From Candidatus Latescibacterota bacterium (lineage in GTDB: Bacteria; Latescibacterota; CBDEFO01), in the NCBI GenBank assembly GCA_965237525.1, contig CBDEFO010000006.1, forward strand, positions 128,001-192,000: a stretch of 64,000 nucleotides of DNA, given 5' to 3'. Below, in pieces: positions 29,659-40,776 of this stretch. Below the pieces are notes generated by a model, which saw only the letters and a list, made by a program, of their open reading frames with translations, ran no database searches and was not told the origin of the DNA. Made by a program: the position numbers and the translations under genes. Every line of letters begins with the position of its first letter. Positions within the stretch are counted from its first letter, which is position 1.

Positions 29659-31234
29659 ATGAAAGATTGGGCAAAACACCTATTCAAAACGATAGTTTTT
29701 GCTTCCTCAATTTGTGCTGGATCTTATGGCTGCGCCTCTGCCCCCAATGTTCCCGTAAACGTTATTGTTATGATCTGCGATGGCTGGGGCTACAATCACG
29801 TTGATGCTGCGAGCATATACCAGCATGGTCAGACAGGCGTCCAGATGTACGAGCGCTTTCCAGTACAATTTGCTATGTCCACCTACCCCAGCGGGAGGTA
29901 GTTATGACCCTCAAGAAGCCTGGAGTCAGTTCGACTATCACCCTCAAAGACCCACCGATTCGGCAGCTGCCGCTACCGCCATGGCGACCGGCGTCAAGAC
30001 CCATAATGGTGCCATCGGCGTAGATACAACCGGAGTGCCGCTGAAAAACATCGTCCAGAGAGCCGAAGAGTTAGGTAAGGCCACGGGGGTGGTTACCAGT
30101 GTGCAGTTCACTCACGCCACTCCAGCAGGATTCGTAGCGCATAACGTCAGCCGAGGTAATTACGCTGACATGGCCCGGGAAATGATTCACGACAGCAAGA
30201 TGTCCGTTATCATGGGCACTGGCCACCCGTACTTTCATGCTAATGGAACGGCGGCGGATGTCCCTCAGTTCGACTACGTAGGCGGAGATTCAACTTGGCA
30301 AGCCCTGGTTGCGGGTACTGCCGGGGCTGATGCCGATGGTGACGGAGCAGCGGATCGCTGGACTCTGATTCAGGACCGCGCCGAGTTTCAGGCCTTGACA
30401 TCGGGGGAAACCCCTGAACGAATCATAGGCGTGCCCAAGGTGCACTCGGCTCTCCAGGAGAGGCGTAGCGGGGATCATACTGCTGCTCCCTACGTCGTTC
30501 CACTGATGGAGACAGTACCGACGTTGGGGGAGATGACCCGGGCGGCGCTGAATGTGCTCGACAACGATCCGGACGGATTCTTCCTGATGGTGGAAGGAGG
30601 AGCCGTTGATTGGAGCAGCCACTACAACCGATCGGGACGTATGATCGAAGAGCAGATAGACTTCAACAGCGCGGTGGAGGCCGTAGTAGCCTGGGTAGAA
30701 GACAATAGCAGTTGGAACGAAACCTTGGTAATTGTAACAGGGGATCACGAGACCGGTTATCTCACCGGACCCGGTTCGGGACAAGGTGAAGCAGGAGCCG
30801 TCTGGAATCCTCTGGTCAACAACGGCCAAGGCAACTTGCCGGGCATGGAATGGCATAGCAGGAGCCACACCAACGCCTTGATACCACTCTACGTCCGAGG
30901 AGTCGGCAGCGAACTCTTCACCAGTTACGCCGACCAATTCGACCCCGTACGCGGCAGATTCATCGACAACGCGGAAATCGGTCAAATTCTCTTCATTCTG
31001 TTGGACGTAGGTGGCGTGGCATCTATAGATCCCGCTTCCGGCACGGAGTTGGGCAGCACATCTGCGACGACAACAGGGAGCAGTTTCCGGAGCGGAACGA
31101 CTGTTACCTTCTCAGATAGCTCAGATACAGGAGACGCAGTAGCGTCCGATAGCATCATTACTGGTGTAACCCTATTTCATTCTGCTGGTACTGTAGATAT
31201 GATAGCTACAAATACCACTGTCTTGATCGGGTGA
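29659..31234 (+). pseudogene. phoA: Alkaline phosphatase (PhoA family), frameshift near 29893, degenerate IPT/TIG tail
   Basis: NVIVMICDGWG, TDSAAAATAMATG, HATPAGF, FFLMVEGGAVDW, TGDHETG. The two ORFs differ in frame. Confidence 0.8.
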
Positions 31235-31269
31235 ACCCCTGTAGCGCTGTAATGAAGGAGGTTTGAACC

Positions 31270-34227
31270 ATGCTCAAGATGCGATTATTCATAAGCTTCT
31301 GGTTGTTAGTGGCTTTGAATACGGCCGCCTATGCACAAGCCCTTTTTGGACCTCCGACTCACTATCCCACTGGTTTCTCCTTGTCAGTATTCAGTGTGGA
31401 TTTAGATGGGGACGGTGATAATGACTTAGCTGTGATTCACGACAGTTATGTGTCAGTGTTGTTGAATAATGGAAATGGGACATTTGCACCTAAAGTGGAT
31501 TATCTCACTGGAGATCCACCTGGAGAGGGACCTAGCTCAGTATTCAGTGTGGATTTAGATGGAGATGGGGATAATGATTTAGCTGTGGCTAATGAGACCG
31601 GCAATAATGTGTCAGTGTTGTTGAACAATGGAGATGGGACATTTGCACCCAAGGTGGGCTATATTGCTGGGAGTCGTCCCCGTTCAGTATTCAGTGTGGA
31701 TTTAGATGGAGATGGGGATAATGATTTAGCTGCGGCTAATATGGGAGATCCGCCCGAATGGATCGGTAGTGTATCAGTGTTGTTGAATAATGGAAATGGT
31801 ATATTTGTATCTAAGGTGGATTATGCCGTTGGGGATGGTCCCCGTTCAGTATTCAGTATGGATTTAGATGGAGATGGGGATAATGATTTAGCTGCGGCTA
31901 ATATGGGAGATCCGCCCGAATGGATCGGTAGTGTATCAGTGTTGTTGAATAATGGAAATGGTATATTTGTATCTAAGGTGGATTATGCCGTTGGGGATGG
32001 TCCCCGTTCAGTATTCAGTATGGATTTAGATGGAGATGGGGATAATGATTTAGCTGTAGCTAATCAGTTCAGCGATAATGTGTCAGTGTTGTTGAATAAT
32101 GGGGACGGGACATTTGCAGATAAGGTGGGATATGGCGTTGGAGCTTGGCCCTTTTCAGTCTTCATTGCAGATTTAGATGGAGATGCTGATAATGACCTGG
32201 CTGTGGGTAATGGGGGTGGTCGTACTGTCTCAGTGTTGTTGAATCGCTCTATCATGCCACCCCCTCCTGTTGTCACATCTATTGATCCTGTTTCCGGTTT
32301 GAAATTGGAAGCTACTCCTGTGACGATAGCAGGAAACAATTTTCAGACTGGGACAAGTGTTACTTTCAGAGATAGTGTAGCCTCAGATCTGGTCGTAGTA
32401 AGAGATAGCCCAGCCACAAATGTGGTCGTAGTATCCGATACCATCATTACCGCAATAACTCATCATCATCCTGCTGGCACTGTGGATGTGATAGTCGCAA
32501 ATCCCGATGGTCTGGCAGATACGCTCTTTAGTGGATTTCGGTTTATTAATCCTGGACCCAACATAACTGATGTATCCGTTTCCAGGGGAGTTGTTCCACT
32601 TGCTGATCCTGTAGTTATCTTCGTTAACCTGACTGATGCCGACGGTGTAGATTCAGTCTATGTCAGAGTGTGGGATCGGGACGATACGACCTTTCCTCCT
32701 GTGCATTTGGCACTCTTCGACGACGGTGTACACGATGACGGTGCTCTTGGGGATGGCCAGTGGGGTAGCGACCCCTGGTTTACACCTGATGACCACCCCA
32801 GGTTTTTCTATGTGGACATCTGGGCGATAGACAATCTTGGCGCGGAGAGTCACATGGATAGCGTCGCCCAGTTTGAGACAGCCGACCCGACGATCTTTGT
32901 GACTGTGGGAATGGGTGAAGAGATCGCAGGTCCCGGAGGACAGGCTTTAGTTCCTATATTTGCTCATGTTCTAGATGATAAAGATGTAGTATCAGGCGAG
33001 ATACTGATGCGTTTCGATCCAAACCTTGCGCAACTTATACAGGCATTCCCGGGTCCAGGACGGCACTTTCCCAGTGGTTTCGATTTTAACTCCCCTGAAC
33101 CTGGAAAAGCCATAACAGTCTTTGCCTCGACAACTCCGCTCTCTGATACACCAGAAGGTACCCTGGCTTTTGCGGTATTCCAAGTAAACTCCAGTGCACC
33201 GTTAGGCTCAAGGATCAATGTATCTGTAAATCAAGCGAACCTGAACGAGGGCTTTCCCCCTGTGACTTCGTTCGATGGAACTATCACAGTAGAGCTTGTA
33301 GGTGATGTCAGCAGGAACGGTGAGATCAGGGCTTTTGACGCCTCTTTAGCGCTCATGTGGTCAGTGACGACCAGGAACATACCAGTCGAGTTCTTCGGCG
33401 GCGATGCAGATCTTTTTCTTGCGATCTCTGATGTGACTCGCAACGGGGAAGTGGGTGCTTTTGACGCCGTTCGGATTCTCCAATTTTTGGTTAGCAAGAT
33501 CCCTGGACTTCCGTACCTAGGACCCGATGGCCTTGCGAAGGTGGCAGAGATCGAACCGCGCGCAGTCAGCATTTCAGAAGGCTTGGAAACATCCGAAAGG
33601 GGCATAAAAGTTTCTGTTTCCATAGACGATATGTCAGGTGTTCTCGGAGCAGATATATCCATAAGCTACGATGCATCGAAGTTGAAAGCAGTAGGTGTAT
33701 CTCCCTCAGATATGATGTCCCCGTTTATGTTCCAGAGCAACATTGAGGTTGACGAGGTAAAGATGGCCGCTGCCTCCGCAGAAGGAGTAGAAGGCGAAGG
33801 AGATATAGCCTACATCGAGTTTGAGATCTTACCTGGTGAGAGCCACGATTGGGGAGATGCCGTATTAAGGATTCAGGATGTCCAACTCAACGAGGGCTTA
33901 ATCCCCGCCGTAACCGAGCAGACAGAGCTATCGTTGGCTGTCATTCCCGAAGTCTACGCCCTTTCCCAGAACTATCCGAATCCGTTCAACCCTGAGACTG
34001 TGATCCATTACGATCTTCCTTTCCCAAGCCACGTTAAGCTATCTGTCTACAACATAATGGGACAAAAGGTTGCGACACTGGTGGATGGTGAAAGATCGGC
34101 TGGTAGTCACTCCATAGTATGGGATGGAAAAAATAATAAAGGAGAAAGTCTTGCCAGCGGAGTGTACCTGTATCGGATGGAGACAGAGGGATTTGTTCAG
34201 ACGAGGAAGCTGGTCTTGATGAGGTAG
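31270..34227 (+). CDS. Secreted modular protein: FG-GAP repeats, IPT/TIG, cohesin-dockerin-cohesin, FlgD/T9SS-like C-terminus
   Basis: DLDGDGDNDLAV repeats; FDDGVHDDGALGDG; duplicated GDVSRNGEIRAFDA/SDVTRNGEVGAFDA dockerin; LSQNYPNPFNPET...RKLVLMR. Confidence 0.85.
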   Translation: MLKMRLFISFWLLVALNTAAYAQALFGPPTHYPTGFSLSVFSVDLDGDGDNDLAVIHDSYVSVLLNNGNGTFAPKVDYLTGDPPGEGPSSVFSVDLDGDGDNDLAVANETGNNVSVLLNNGDGTFAPKVGYIAGSRPRSVFSVDLDGDGDNDLAAANMGDPPEWIGSVSVLLNNGNGIFVSKVDYAVGDGPRSVFSMDLDGDGDNDLAAANMGDPPEWIGSVSVLLNNGNGIFVSKVDYAVGDGPRSVFSMDLDGDGDNDLAVANQFSDNVSVLLNNGDGTFADKVGYGVGAWPFSVFIADLDGDADNDLAVGNGGGRTVSVLLNRSIMPPPPVVTSIDPVSGLKLEATPVTIAGNNFQTGTSVTFRDSVASDLVVVRDSPATNVVVVSDTIITAITHHHPAGTVDVIVANPDGLADTLFSGFRFINPGPNITDVSVSRGVVPLADPVVIFVNLTDADGVDSVYVRVWDRDDTTFPPVHLALFDDGVHDDGALGDGQWGSDPWFTPDDHPRFFYVDIWAIDNLGAESHMDSVAQFETADPTIFVTVGMGEEIAGPGGQALVPIFAHVLDDKDVVSGEILMRFDPNLAQLIQAFPGPGRHFPSGFDFNSPEPGKAITVFASTTPLSDTPEGTLAFAVFQVNSSAPLGSRINVSVNQANLNEGFPPVTSFDGTITVELVGDVSRNGEIRAFDASLALMWSVTTRNIPVEFFGGDADLFLAISDVTRNGEVGAFDAVRILQFLVSKIPGLPYLGPDGLAKVAEIEPRAVSISEGLETSERGIKVSVSIDDMSGVLGADISISYDASKLKAVGVSPSDMMSPFMFQSNIEVDEVKMAAASAEGVEGEGDIAYIEFEILPGESHDWGDAVLRIQDVQLNEGLIPAVTEQTELSLAVIPEVYALSQNYPNPFNPETVIHYDLPFPSHVKLSVYNIMGQKVATLVDGERSAGSHSIVWDGKNNKGESLASGVYLYRMETEGFVQTRKLVLMR
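31678..32056 (+). repeat. Near-identical 162-bp (54-aa) intragenic tandem repeat
   Basis: CCCGTTCAGTATTCAG recurs at 31679, 31841 and 32003. Confidence 0.9.
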
Positions 34228-34317
34228 GATCCTCGCCAGTGGACAGATAACCGACTTGGCAGACTTTCTCTATGGTGCGTGATGGATTCTGGCTCAAATC
34301 AGTAGGAGGCTAGATCT

Positions 34318-35286
34318 ATGGAAAGGATCCGACTCGGGATTGTGGGTTCCGGCGGGATGGCAACCAGGAGGATGACCGCATTTTCCCGCCTGGCTGGATG
34401 TGAGATGGTCGCCCTTGCCGCTCGCAACCCGGAGACAGGACCCCCGCTGGCCGAACGCTACGGTCTAGCCCTGCTCACCGACTGGCGGGATCTCGTAGCG
34501 CGGGAGGATGTGGACGCCGTAGTCATCTGCACCCACAACGAGAGCCACGGTCCTATGGCGCTTGCGGCGCTTGAAGCCGGAAAGCACGTGTTGCTGGAGT
34601 ACCCGCTCGCCCGTCATCTGAAGGAAGGGGAACGGCTGGTGGATCTGGCCCGAACCTCCGGATGTGTCCTGAGGGTAGCTCACGATGAGACCCTCTCGGC
34701 GGTACACCAGAGTCTCAAAGAGGAGGTCAACTCCCTGGGAGACCTGCTGACAGCGGTCTTTGTGCGGCTGACGCCGGGTCGAGGATCGGACACGTTGTTC
34801 AATCTGAACATTTCGGGGCCGCCTGTGCTCTTTTTCATCTACCACATCTATCCGCTGGTGGACCTCTTCGGGCCTGCCGCATGGGTGGAGGGCCACGCGG
34901 AATACGTGGGATTGAACCAAGCAGGGCGCTACGAGCGGTTTGTCAATACCGCGACCGTAGGATTCGCGCAGGGAGGCTCGGGCCACTGGACCTGGGCCGG
35001 CGGCATTGCGATCCAGGAGGCAGAAGAGTTTCAGAGACTTGTGCTGGCGGGCGGCACCCTGATCCGTCGCGATGGGCGCTGGTGTCGGTCTACTCCTGAG
35101 GGCCTGGAGGAACTTCAGGTCTCCCGGGAGGATGGTCATTCCCTCGAAGCCCTCTTCTTGGAGGAGATCAGGGGGGGCCAGACGCTCTGGCGCGAGGATA
35201 TGCATCAAGCGCTCGAGGCGATCCGCATCAGCCTGGCAGCCGAAGCGTCGGCCCGGGAGGGCCAGCGGGTCTTTCTATCCTCATAA
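34318..35286 (+). CDS. Gfo/Idh/MocA oxidoreductase
   Basis: LGIVGSGGMA, DVDAVVICTHNESH, AGKHVLLEYPLA. Confidence 0.9.
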   Translation: MERIRLGIVGSGGMATRRMTAFSRLAGCEMVALAARNPETGPPLAERYGLALLTDWRDLVAREDVDAVVICTHNESHGPMALAALEAGKHVLLEYPLARHLKEGERLVDLARTSGCVLRVAHDETLSAVHQSLKEEVNSLGDLLTAVFVRLTPGRGSDTLFNLNISGPPVLFFIYHIYPLVDLFGPAAWVEGHAEYVGLNQAGRYERFVNTATVGFAQGGSGHWTWAGGIAIQEAEEFQRLVLAGGTLIRRDGRWCRSTPEGLEELQVSREDGHSLEALFLEEIRGGQTLWREDMHQALEAIRISLAAEASAREGQRVFLSS

Positions 35287-35383
35287 GGTGAGATAAGGAC
35301 GGAAGAGCTGAAAGAGCCCTTTAACATTTAGGGGGTTGACTCTTAAGAAAATCCTAGCAAATGTTGAAATGGAGGTTCCTCCG

Positions 35384-36613
35384 ATGAAAAAAGGTTTTCT
35401 CAACTTCCCACGCCTGTCCCCGGTCCCCGATAGACTCAATCGGGGATCAATCAGGGACTTGTTCATGGACGTTGTGGCTATCATGTTAGCGCTCTCCCTA
35501 TCCAGCAGCGTTTCCGCCGACCCGATCCGGGGGGAAGTGCCGCAGACCGTGGCCGACATTTTCCACCCAGAAGTGGAAGGGGTCAGCGTCGAAACCTGGG
35601 TGGACAATCTGCAGATCCCCTGGTCTCTGGTTTTCCTGCCAAACGGTGATGCCCTTCTTTCGGAGCGGCGCGGTCGGATTCAACGTATTCCCCGCGGCCA
35701 CAACCAGCCGCAGCTTTATATCAAGCTCGACGAAGTAGCCCACGTCGGAGATGGGGGGCTCATGGGATTGGCTCTGCATCCCCAATTTACACAGCATCCC
35801 TATATTTACGCCATGCATAGCTATCGAAAGGATGACCAACTGTTCAATCGTCTCATTCGCCTGCGCGATCACGGTGATACGGGTGTTTTTGACAGCGTCA
35901 TTCTGGACAACATACCCGGTCACACTTATCATATTGGCGGCAGGATTGGATTTGGTCCGGATGGGATGCTCTATATCGGGACGGGCGATCTCTTGAACCC
36001 GCCGCTCTCCCAGGACCTAAACTCATGGGCAGGAAAGATTCTTCGCATCACGCCGGATGGGCAGATTCCGAAGGATAACCCCTTCCCCGGCTCCCCGATC
36101 TTTTCCTATGGGCACCGCGTTGTGCAGGGTTTGGCCTGGGATCCCGAAACCGGCATCTTGTTTAACTCAGAACACGGACCGTCTGATGAATGGCCGGGCG
36201 TCCTACATCGCGACGAAATCAACATCGTTCAGAAAGGAGCCAACTACGGCTGGCCCAATGTCGTCGGCGCGCCCCGCATTGCTGAATACAGGGATCCCAT
36301 CGCGATATGGAAAAAAGCCTCTGTCCCTCCCGCCGGAATGACCTTTTACCGCGGTGACCTCTTCATTGCCACGTTGCGCAGTCAAGCACTTATTCGCATC
36401 CAGTTTGAGGACGATAACGAAGACTATAAGGTGACGAATATCGAACGCTGGTTCGCTCGCGACCCGAAGAACGGATTCTACGGACGTCTACGTGACGTCA
36501 CCGTTGGACCGGACGGCCATCTCTACGTTTTGACCAGCAACACCGATGGACGAGCCGAATTGCGTCCAAACGATGACAAGATTCTACGCCTGAAGTTTGA
36601 GACCCCAGAATAA
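35384..36613 (+). CDS. PQQ-dependent sugar (glucose/sorbosone) dehydrogenase
   Basis: PWSLVFLPNG, GGLMGLALHP, HIGGRIGFGPDG, SYGHR, GRLRDV. Signal region carries a 45-nt repeat insert. Confidence 0.9.
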   Translation: MKKGFLNFPRLSPVPDRLNRGSIRDLFMDVVAIMLALSLSSSVSADPIRGEVPQTVADIFHPEVEGVSVETWVDNLQIPWSLVFLPNGDALLSERRGRIQRIPRGHNQPQLYIKLDEVAHVGDGGLMGLALHPQFTQHPYIYAMHSYRKDDQLFNRLIRLRDHGDTGVFDSVILDNIPGHTYHIGGRIGFGPDGMLYIGTGDLLNPPLSQDLNSWAGKILRITPDGQIPKDNPFPGSPIFSYGHRVVQGLAWDPETGILFNSEHGPSDEWPGVLHRDEINIVQKGANYGWPNVVGAPRIAEYRDPIAIWKKASVPPAGMTFYRGDLFIATLRSQALIRIQFEDDNEDYKVTNIERWFARDPKNGFYGRLRDVTVGPDGHLYVLTSNTDGRAELRPNDDKILRLKFETPE

Positions 36614-36933
36614 GAGGAAGAACGTGTTCGACAGACAAATAGGGTGTGTTGGCTTCGCTGTCTATAGATGGGATTAAGTCAGGCAAGGTTGAGTTTACGG
36701 CGCAGCATACATGCTCGCTCGGAATGGTCAAAAATCGCTGCGAATAGCCGGAAATCGAATGGCCTTTGGTGCAGGGTATTACATGGATTTAAAATCACGG
36801 GAACTGAAAGTCAAGGGCTAATATGCTGAGACACCGGCAGTGATCTTTCAGCAGAGGGCTGCATATCCGAACGTCGGATATCGCACCGAAATGCAGAGAT
36901 CTGAGAGATATTAACGATTGGGAGGTGTAACCA

Positions 36934-37854
36934 ATGAATTTAGAAGAATTTAAAGCGAGGTTGAAGGGGATTTACCCACCCATAGCCACAGCACTTACAG
37001 AGGATGAGGAATTCGATGAGCAGGGAATGAGACGCGTGATTCGGTATCTATTGGATGCTGGAGTGCATGGACTCTTCCTGCTGGGGTCAACTGGGGAGTC
37101 TGCGACCTTCACGACCGATGAGCGTCAACGGATTATAGAGGTAGTAGTAGATGAAGTAAGCGGCAAGGTTCCGGTCATGGCAAACGCAACTGATATCGGC
37201 ACCAAGAAGACAATAGAGAATGCCAGGATCGCCGCAGATTCAGGAGCAGATGCCATCATTCTCATGGCGCCATACTATTTTGCGCATACAGCGCCGGAGG
37301 TGATAAGCCATTTCAGGCATGTTCTGTCAGCCGTGGATTTGCCGATATTCATGTATAACTACCCATTTACCACGAATTTCAACATGACGCCAGACTTTGT
37401 GGGGCAATTAGCCGAGGAGGACAGGATTGTAGGGATAAAGGACAGCAGCAACGACTTCGAGCAGTTTCAGGAGCTGCTGCGAATGTTTAGAGGTTCGCAA
37501 GATTTCAAGGTCTTCCAGGGGGAGGAGTCTCAACTTGCTGCCAGCATTCTTCTGGGTGCGGATGGAGCGGTGATGACCGCAAATAATGTGGCGCCGAAGC
37601 TGTCTGTGGAGATATATGAGGCGGCATCTGCCGGCGACATCCAGAAGGCATCTCTTCTGCAGGACAAGTTGATGACTGCCTTTGATATCCTACAGGTCTC
37701 TGGAACGTTGACATCTGGATCGGCTATCGGCGGAGTTAAAGCGGCTCTTTCTTGCCTTGGGATCTGCGGCCCCACAGTTAAGAGGCCTTTCCTGCCTCTT
37801 GCAGACCAGGAAGTAAACAAGATCAAGAGGATCTTAGAAGTGGTCTCGGCTTGA
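36934..37854 (+). CDS. Dihydrodipicolinate synthase/DapA-family lyase
   Basis: LGSTGES, YNYP, VGIKDSS Schiff-base lysine. Confidence 0.9.
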   Translation: MNLEEFKARLKGIYPPIATALTEDEEFDEQGMRRVIRYLLDAGVHGLFLLGSTGESATFTTDERQRIIEVVVDEVSGKVPVMANATDIGTKKTIENARIAADSGADAIILMAPYYFAHTAPEVISHFRHVLSAVDLPIFMYNYPFTTNFNMTPDFVGQLAEEDRIVGIKDSSNDFEQFQELLRMFRGSQDFKVFQGEESQLAASILLGADGAVMTANNVAPKLSVEIYEAASAGDIQKASLLQDKLMTAFDILQVSGTLTSGSAIGGVKAALSCLGICGPTVKRPFLPLADQEVNKIKRILEVVSA

Positions 37855-38337
37855 TCTCGCTCTGCCCTGAGAAGGGCAAAAGCCTGCGCAAGGCTCCCTG
37901 TCGGGGACTGTCATAGGAGCCTAAAATCATAAGCTGAGAGAATAGTCCAGGCTTGGGCCGTCAGCTTGATTGATCCCCCATCCCCAGTTAAATCGGGGTT
38001 CAATCGGAGACCTACCGGTAAGGTCTACACATACGGACGGTGACGAAGATTCCATCTTACATTTACATTTCTGCTGCAGGGCAGGACTGGACCCCCTTTG
38101 CATCCGGGGTATAGACTACAACCAGACTTCGTACTTGCGCAGGCTTGGGGCAGGATGTACTTGGAAGTTGAGCATGTTGAACATCGGCGTTGTCGGGGAC
38201 GCTCATACCGTGGCGTTCGCCCGATTGATAAACGTGGAGAAGAGAATCCGCGGGGTGCGGGTGAGCCATGTATGGGGGGAAACTGCGTCTCAGGCGCGGG
38301 CGGCAGCGGCAGACGGCCAGATTCCCCATATCGTTAA

Positions 38338-39856
38338 AAGCCTTGTGAAATAGTTATGTCCCAGGCAGCGTCTGAAGCGCCGATTATGGGTCAAAGAGTA
38401 GCATATCGTATCGTTTTGCTGTGGAATAAGCAAAATAGTCTTATCAGAGTTCTGGTCAGCAAGGAACAGGAGCTGTTTGAAGAACAGGATGCACTGTCTT
38501 TGACAGACAGGGCACACATAGACGCTTTCCCCCTTCTTATGAAAGATACAAGCCTCTTGAGATTCTGTACTGTTGCAACAAGATTCAACTGTTCATTCAG
38601 TGAGGCTGGTCCTCTATAACGGGCTCGTCCCATACCGTGTTGTTGCCTGGCTTCAGCAAAGATATGTTCACTGCGTTTACGGAGTCTCCGGGAGAGTTTG
38701 TAGTCAGCTGTTAATGAGATAGACCGTGCATGATTTCTGGCTTTCGCCTCTCGCACTTTTCTATCCCGTTCGGCCTGAATATGTGCTGAATTTGTCTTGT
38801 TTTTCCATGTAGGAATCGGTTCAATCTTCTCATCGGCTCGCAGAGGAATATGGGGTATGATTCCCCGGTCAAGCACATCAGCGATAAAATTACCAGAACC
38901 GTAACCGGTATCGGCACTAAGTGTCTGAATGTCTTTGGGCATGGTGTATGTTTCAAGGTCATCTACCATCTTAAGGGCACTTTCGGGCTCTGCTGTCCCT
39001 GTCGCCTGCGTGCCCTGAGTCTCAAGGATTACTCTGCTTTTTGTGTCGATCAGATCATGGCCCATAAACGAGAGAAAAGCCCCTTTGCCCTTCGATTTGC
39101 TGTGTAAGCGCGCGTCAGGGTCTGTAGTCGAACGGTGTGTTTGGTTCGTCCACTTTTCACCATGAAAGTCTTTATCCTGAGGATGCCCGGACCTACCCTT
39201 TGTCTTATCACCTTCAAAACCGATTCCCTTGAGATAATCATCAAGAGAAACAGGGGGTTCTATCGGCTCAATACTTTTCACTGAAGCATCAGCTTGTATC
39301 TGAGTGCCGTCGACACTAAGGTGTTTACCGCTCACAAGACCGACATCTATGCAACACTGGACTACCTGACGCATTATCCGTTCAAACAACCCACTGGATG
39401 CCCACTTGTGATTGCGAAGCTTGTTGATCGTGCTCCTATCCGGAACCGCATCATCAAATGTCTGATGACAAAACAACCGATATGCCGCATGCATCCCCAC
39501 TTCCTGACAGAGCCGATTCTCACTCAAATTATACAGATAGCCAATAAGGATCATTCGAACAACTAATTCAGGATCAATACCGGGTCTGCCATTGTCAGGG
39601 CAATAACAATCTGATACAACGTCTCGTACAAATGAAAAATCAACTGCCTCATCAATCTGACGAAGGATATGATCCTCGGGAACTAAATCCTCCATCTGAA
39701 AATAGTGAAACATCGGATTTGTCTGTTCCTGCTTTTGTGGGGTCATTGTTTCCTCCATGTATAATATTATCAATAACATAATATAATACATCGGAACTGC
39801 TTTATCAATGCTTGTTCTATACTATTTTCTGAATCTAAGGGTTTTTCACAAGGCTT
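38338..39856 (-). mobile_element. IS1182-family insertion sequence with TTAA target duplication
   Basis: Inverted repeats AAGCCTTGTGAAA / TTTCACAAGGCTT; TTAA at 38334-38337 and 39857-39860. Confidence 0.92.
38391..39746 (-). CDS. IS1182-family DDE transposase
   Basis: LVPEDHILRQID, GRPGIDP, VDGTQIQADAS, STTDPDARL, ADTGYG, EHIFAEAR. RBS GGAGG before ATG 39746. Confidence 0.92.
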   Translation of the reverse strand: MTPQKQEQTNPMFHYFQMEDLVPEDHILRQIDEAVDFSFVRDVVSDCYCPDNGRPGIDPELVVRMILIGYLYNLSENRLCQEVGMHAAYRLFCHQTFDDAVPDRSTINKLRNHKWASSGLFERIMRQVVQCCIDVGLVSGKHLSVDGTQIQADASVKSIEPIEPPVSLDDYLKGIGFEGDKTKGRSGHPQDKDFHGEKWTNQTHRSTTDPDARLHSKSKGKGAFLSFMGHDLIDTKSRVILETQGTQATGTAEPESALKMVDDLETYTMPKDIQTLSADTGYGSGNFIADVLDRGIIPHIPLRADEKIEPIPTWKNKTNSAHIQAERDRKVREAKARNHARSISLTADYKLSRRLRKRSEHIFAEARQQHGMGRARYRGPASLNEQLNLVATVQNLKRLVSFIRRGKASMCALSVKDSASCSSNSSCSLLTRTLIRLFCLFHSKTIRYATL

Positions 39857-40776
39857 TTAAGGAGCCCGAGGACTTGATTGGGGTGATAGACGCCGCTGTG
39901 GTGACCCACGTCCACGGGAAGTACCACTTGCAGGCGGCCAAGCCCCTACTGGAAGCCGGGATGCCGCTCTTCATCGACAAGCCGTTCTGCTGTAGCAGGT
40001 CCGGGGCCAAGCGCTTCCTGGCGCGGGCAGCCCAACTGGGGGTGCCAATCTGCTCCTTTTCGGTGATGCCCTTGCAGTCGTCCTTTTTGGATTTGAAAAA
40101 GCAGGTGCGCAAGCTGGGAGAGATATACGCAGTGGTCTCTACCGGACCCTGCGATATCAAGTCTAAGCATGGAGGAATCTTCTTCTACGGTATCCACCAG
40201 GTGGAGATGATCCTGGAACTGGTCGGACGCGAGGTGAGCTATGCACAAATCGGCAAGGGGACCGGGAAACATCACGTGGCCACTCTGGCCTTCAAAGACG
40301 GAAAGCTGGCCACCATGAACCTGATCGGGAAGGAAGCAGCTTTCCATTTGAGCGTCATCGGCCAAAAAGGCCGCATCGACCGGAGGATTGACCCTGACGA
40401 GAGCATGTTCCTTCCGGGAGTTCGCTCCTTTGTGCGCATGTTCAGGACCGGCAAAACTGATCAGACCGCGGAGACTCTGCTGGCACCGCTGGCGGTTCTG
40501 GAGGCGCTGGAAAAGTCCATTGCCCGCAAAGGGCAGGGTCAGAGTCTCCCTCCTAATGTAAATCACGGCTGAATCGCACTGACGCCGATCCAGTTGCTTA
40601 CCCAGTCGCTTACATGAAACACGTAATGCCGAAGCCGGGGGAACTGAGGAGCTTGGGAGCCTTCTTTCCCAGAGGAAATCTTGACATGCAAGACTTAGCC
40701 AGGGGAAGAATAGATACCTGTGTGCGCAGAGGCTTGGCCCAAAGAGGCGCTCAGGACTTAAAGAAAGGAAACAACC

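Larger units (their letters stand above)
38174..40572 (+). pseudogene. Gfo/Idh/MocA oxidoreductase interrupted by IS1182
   Basis: MLNIGVVG...QIPHIV|KEPEDLIGVIDAAVV...FIDKP rejoins in frame once the IS and one TTAA are removed. Confidence 0.88.
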
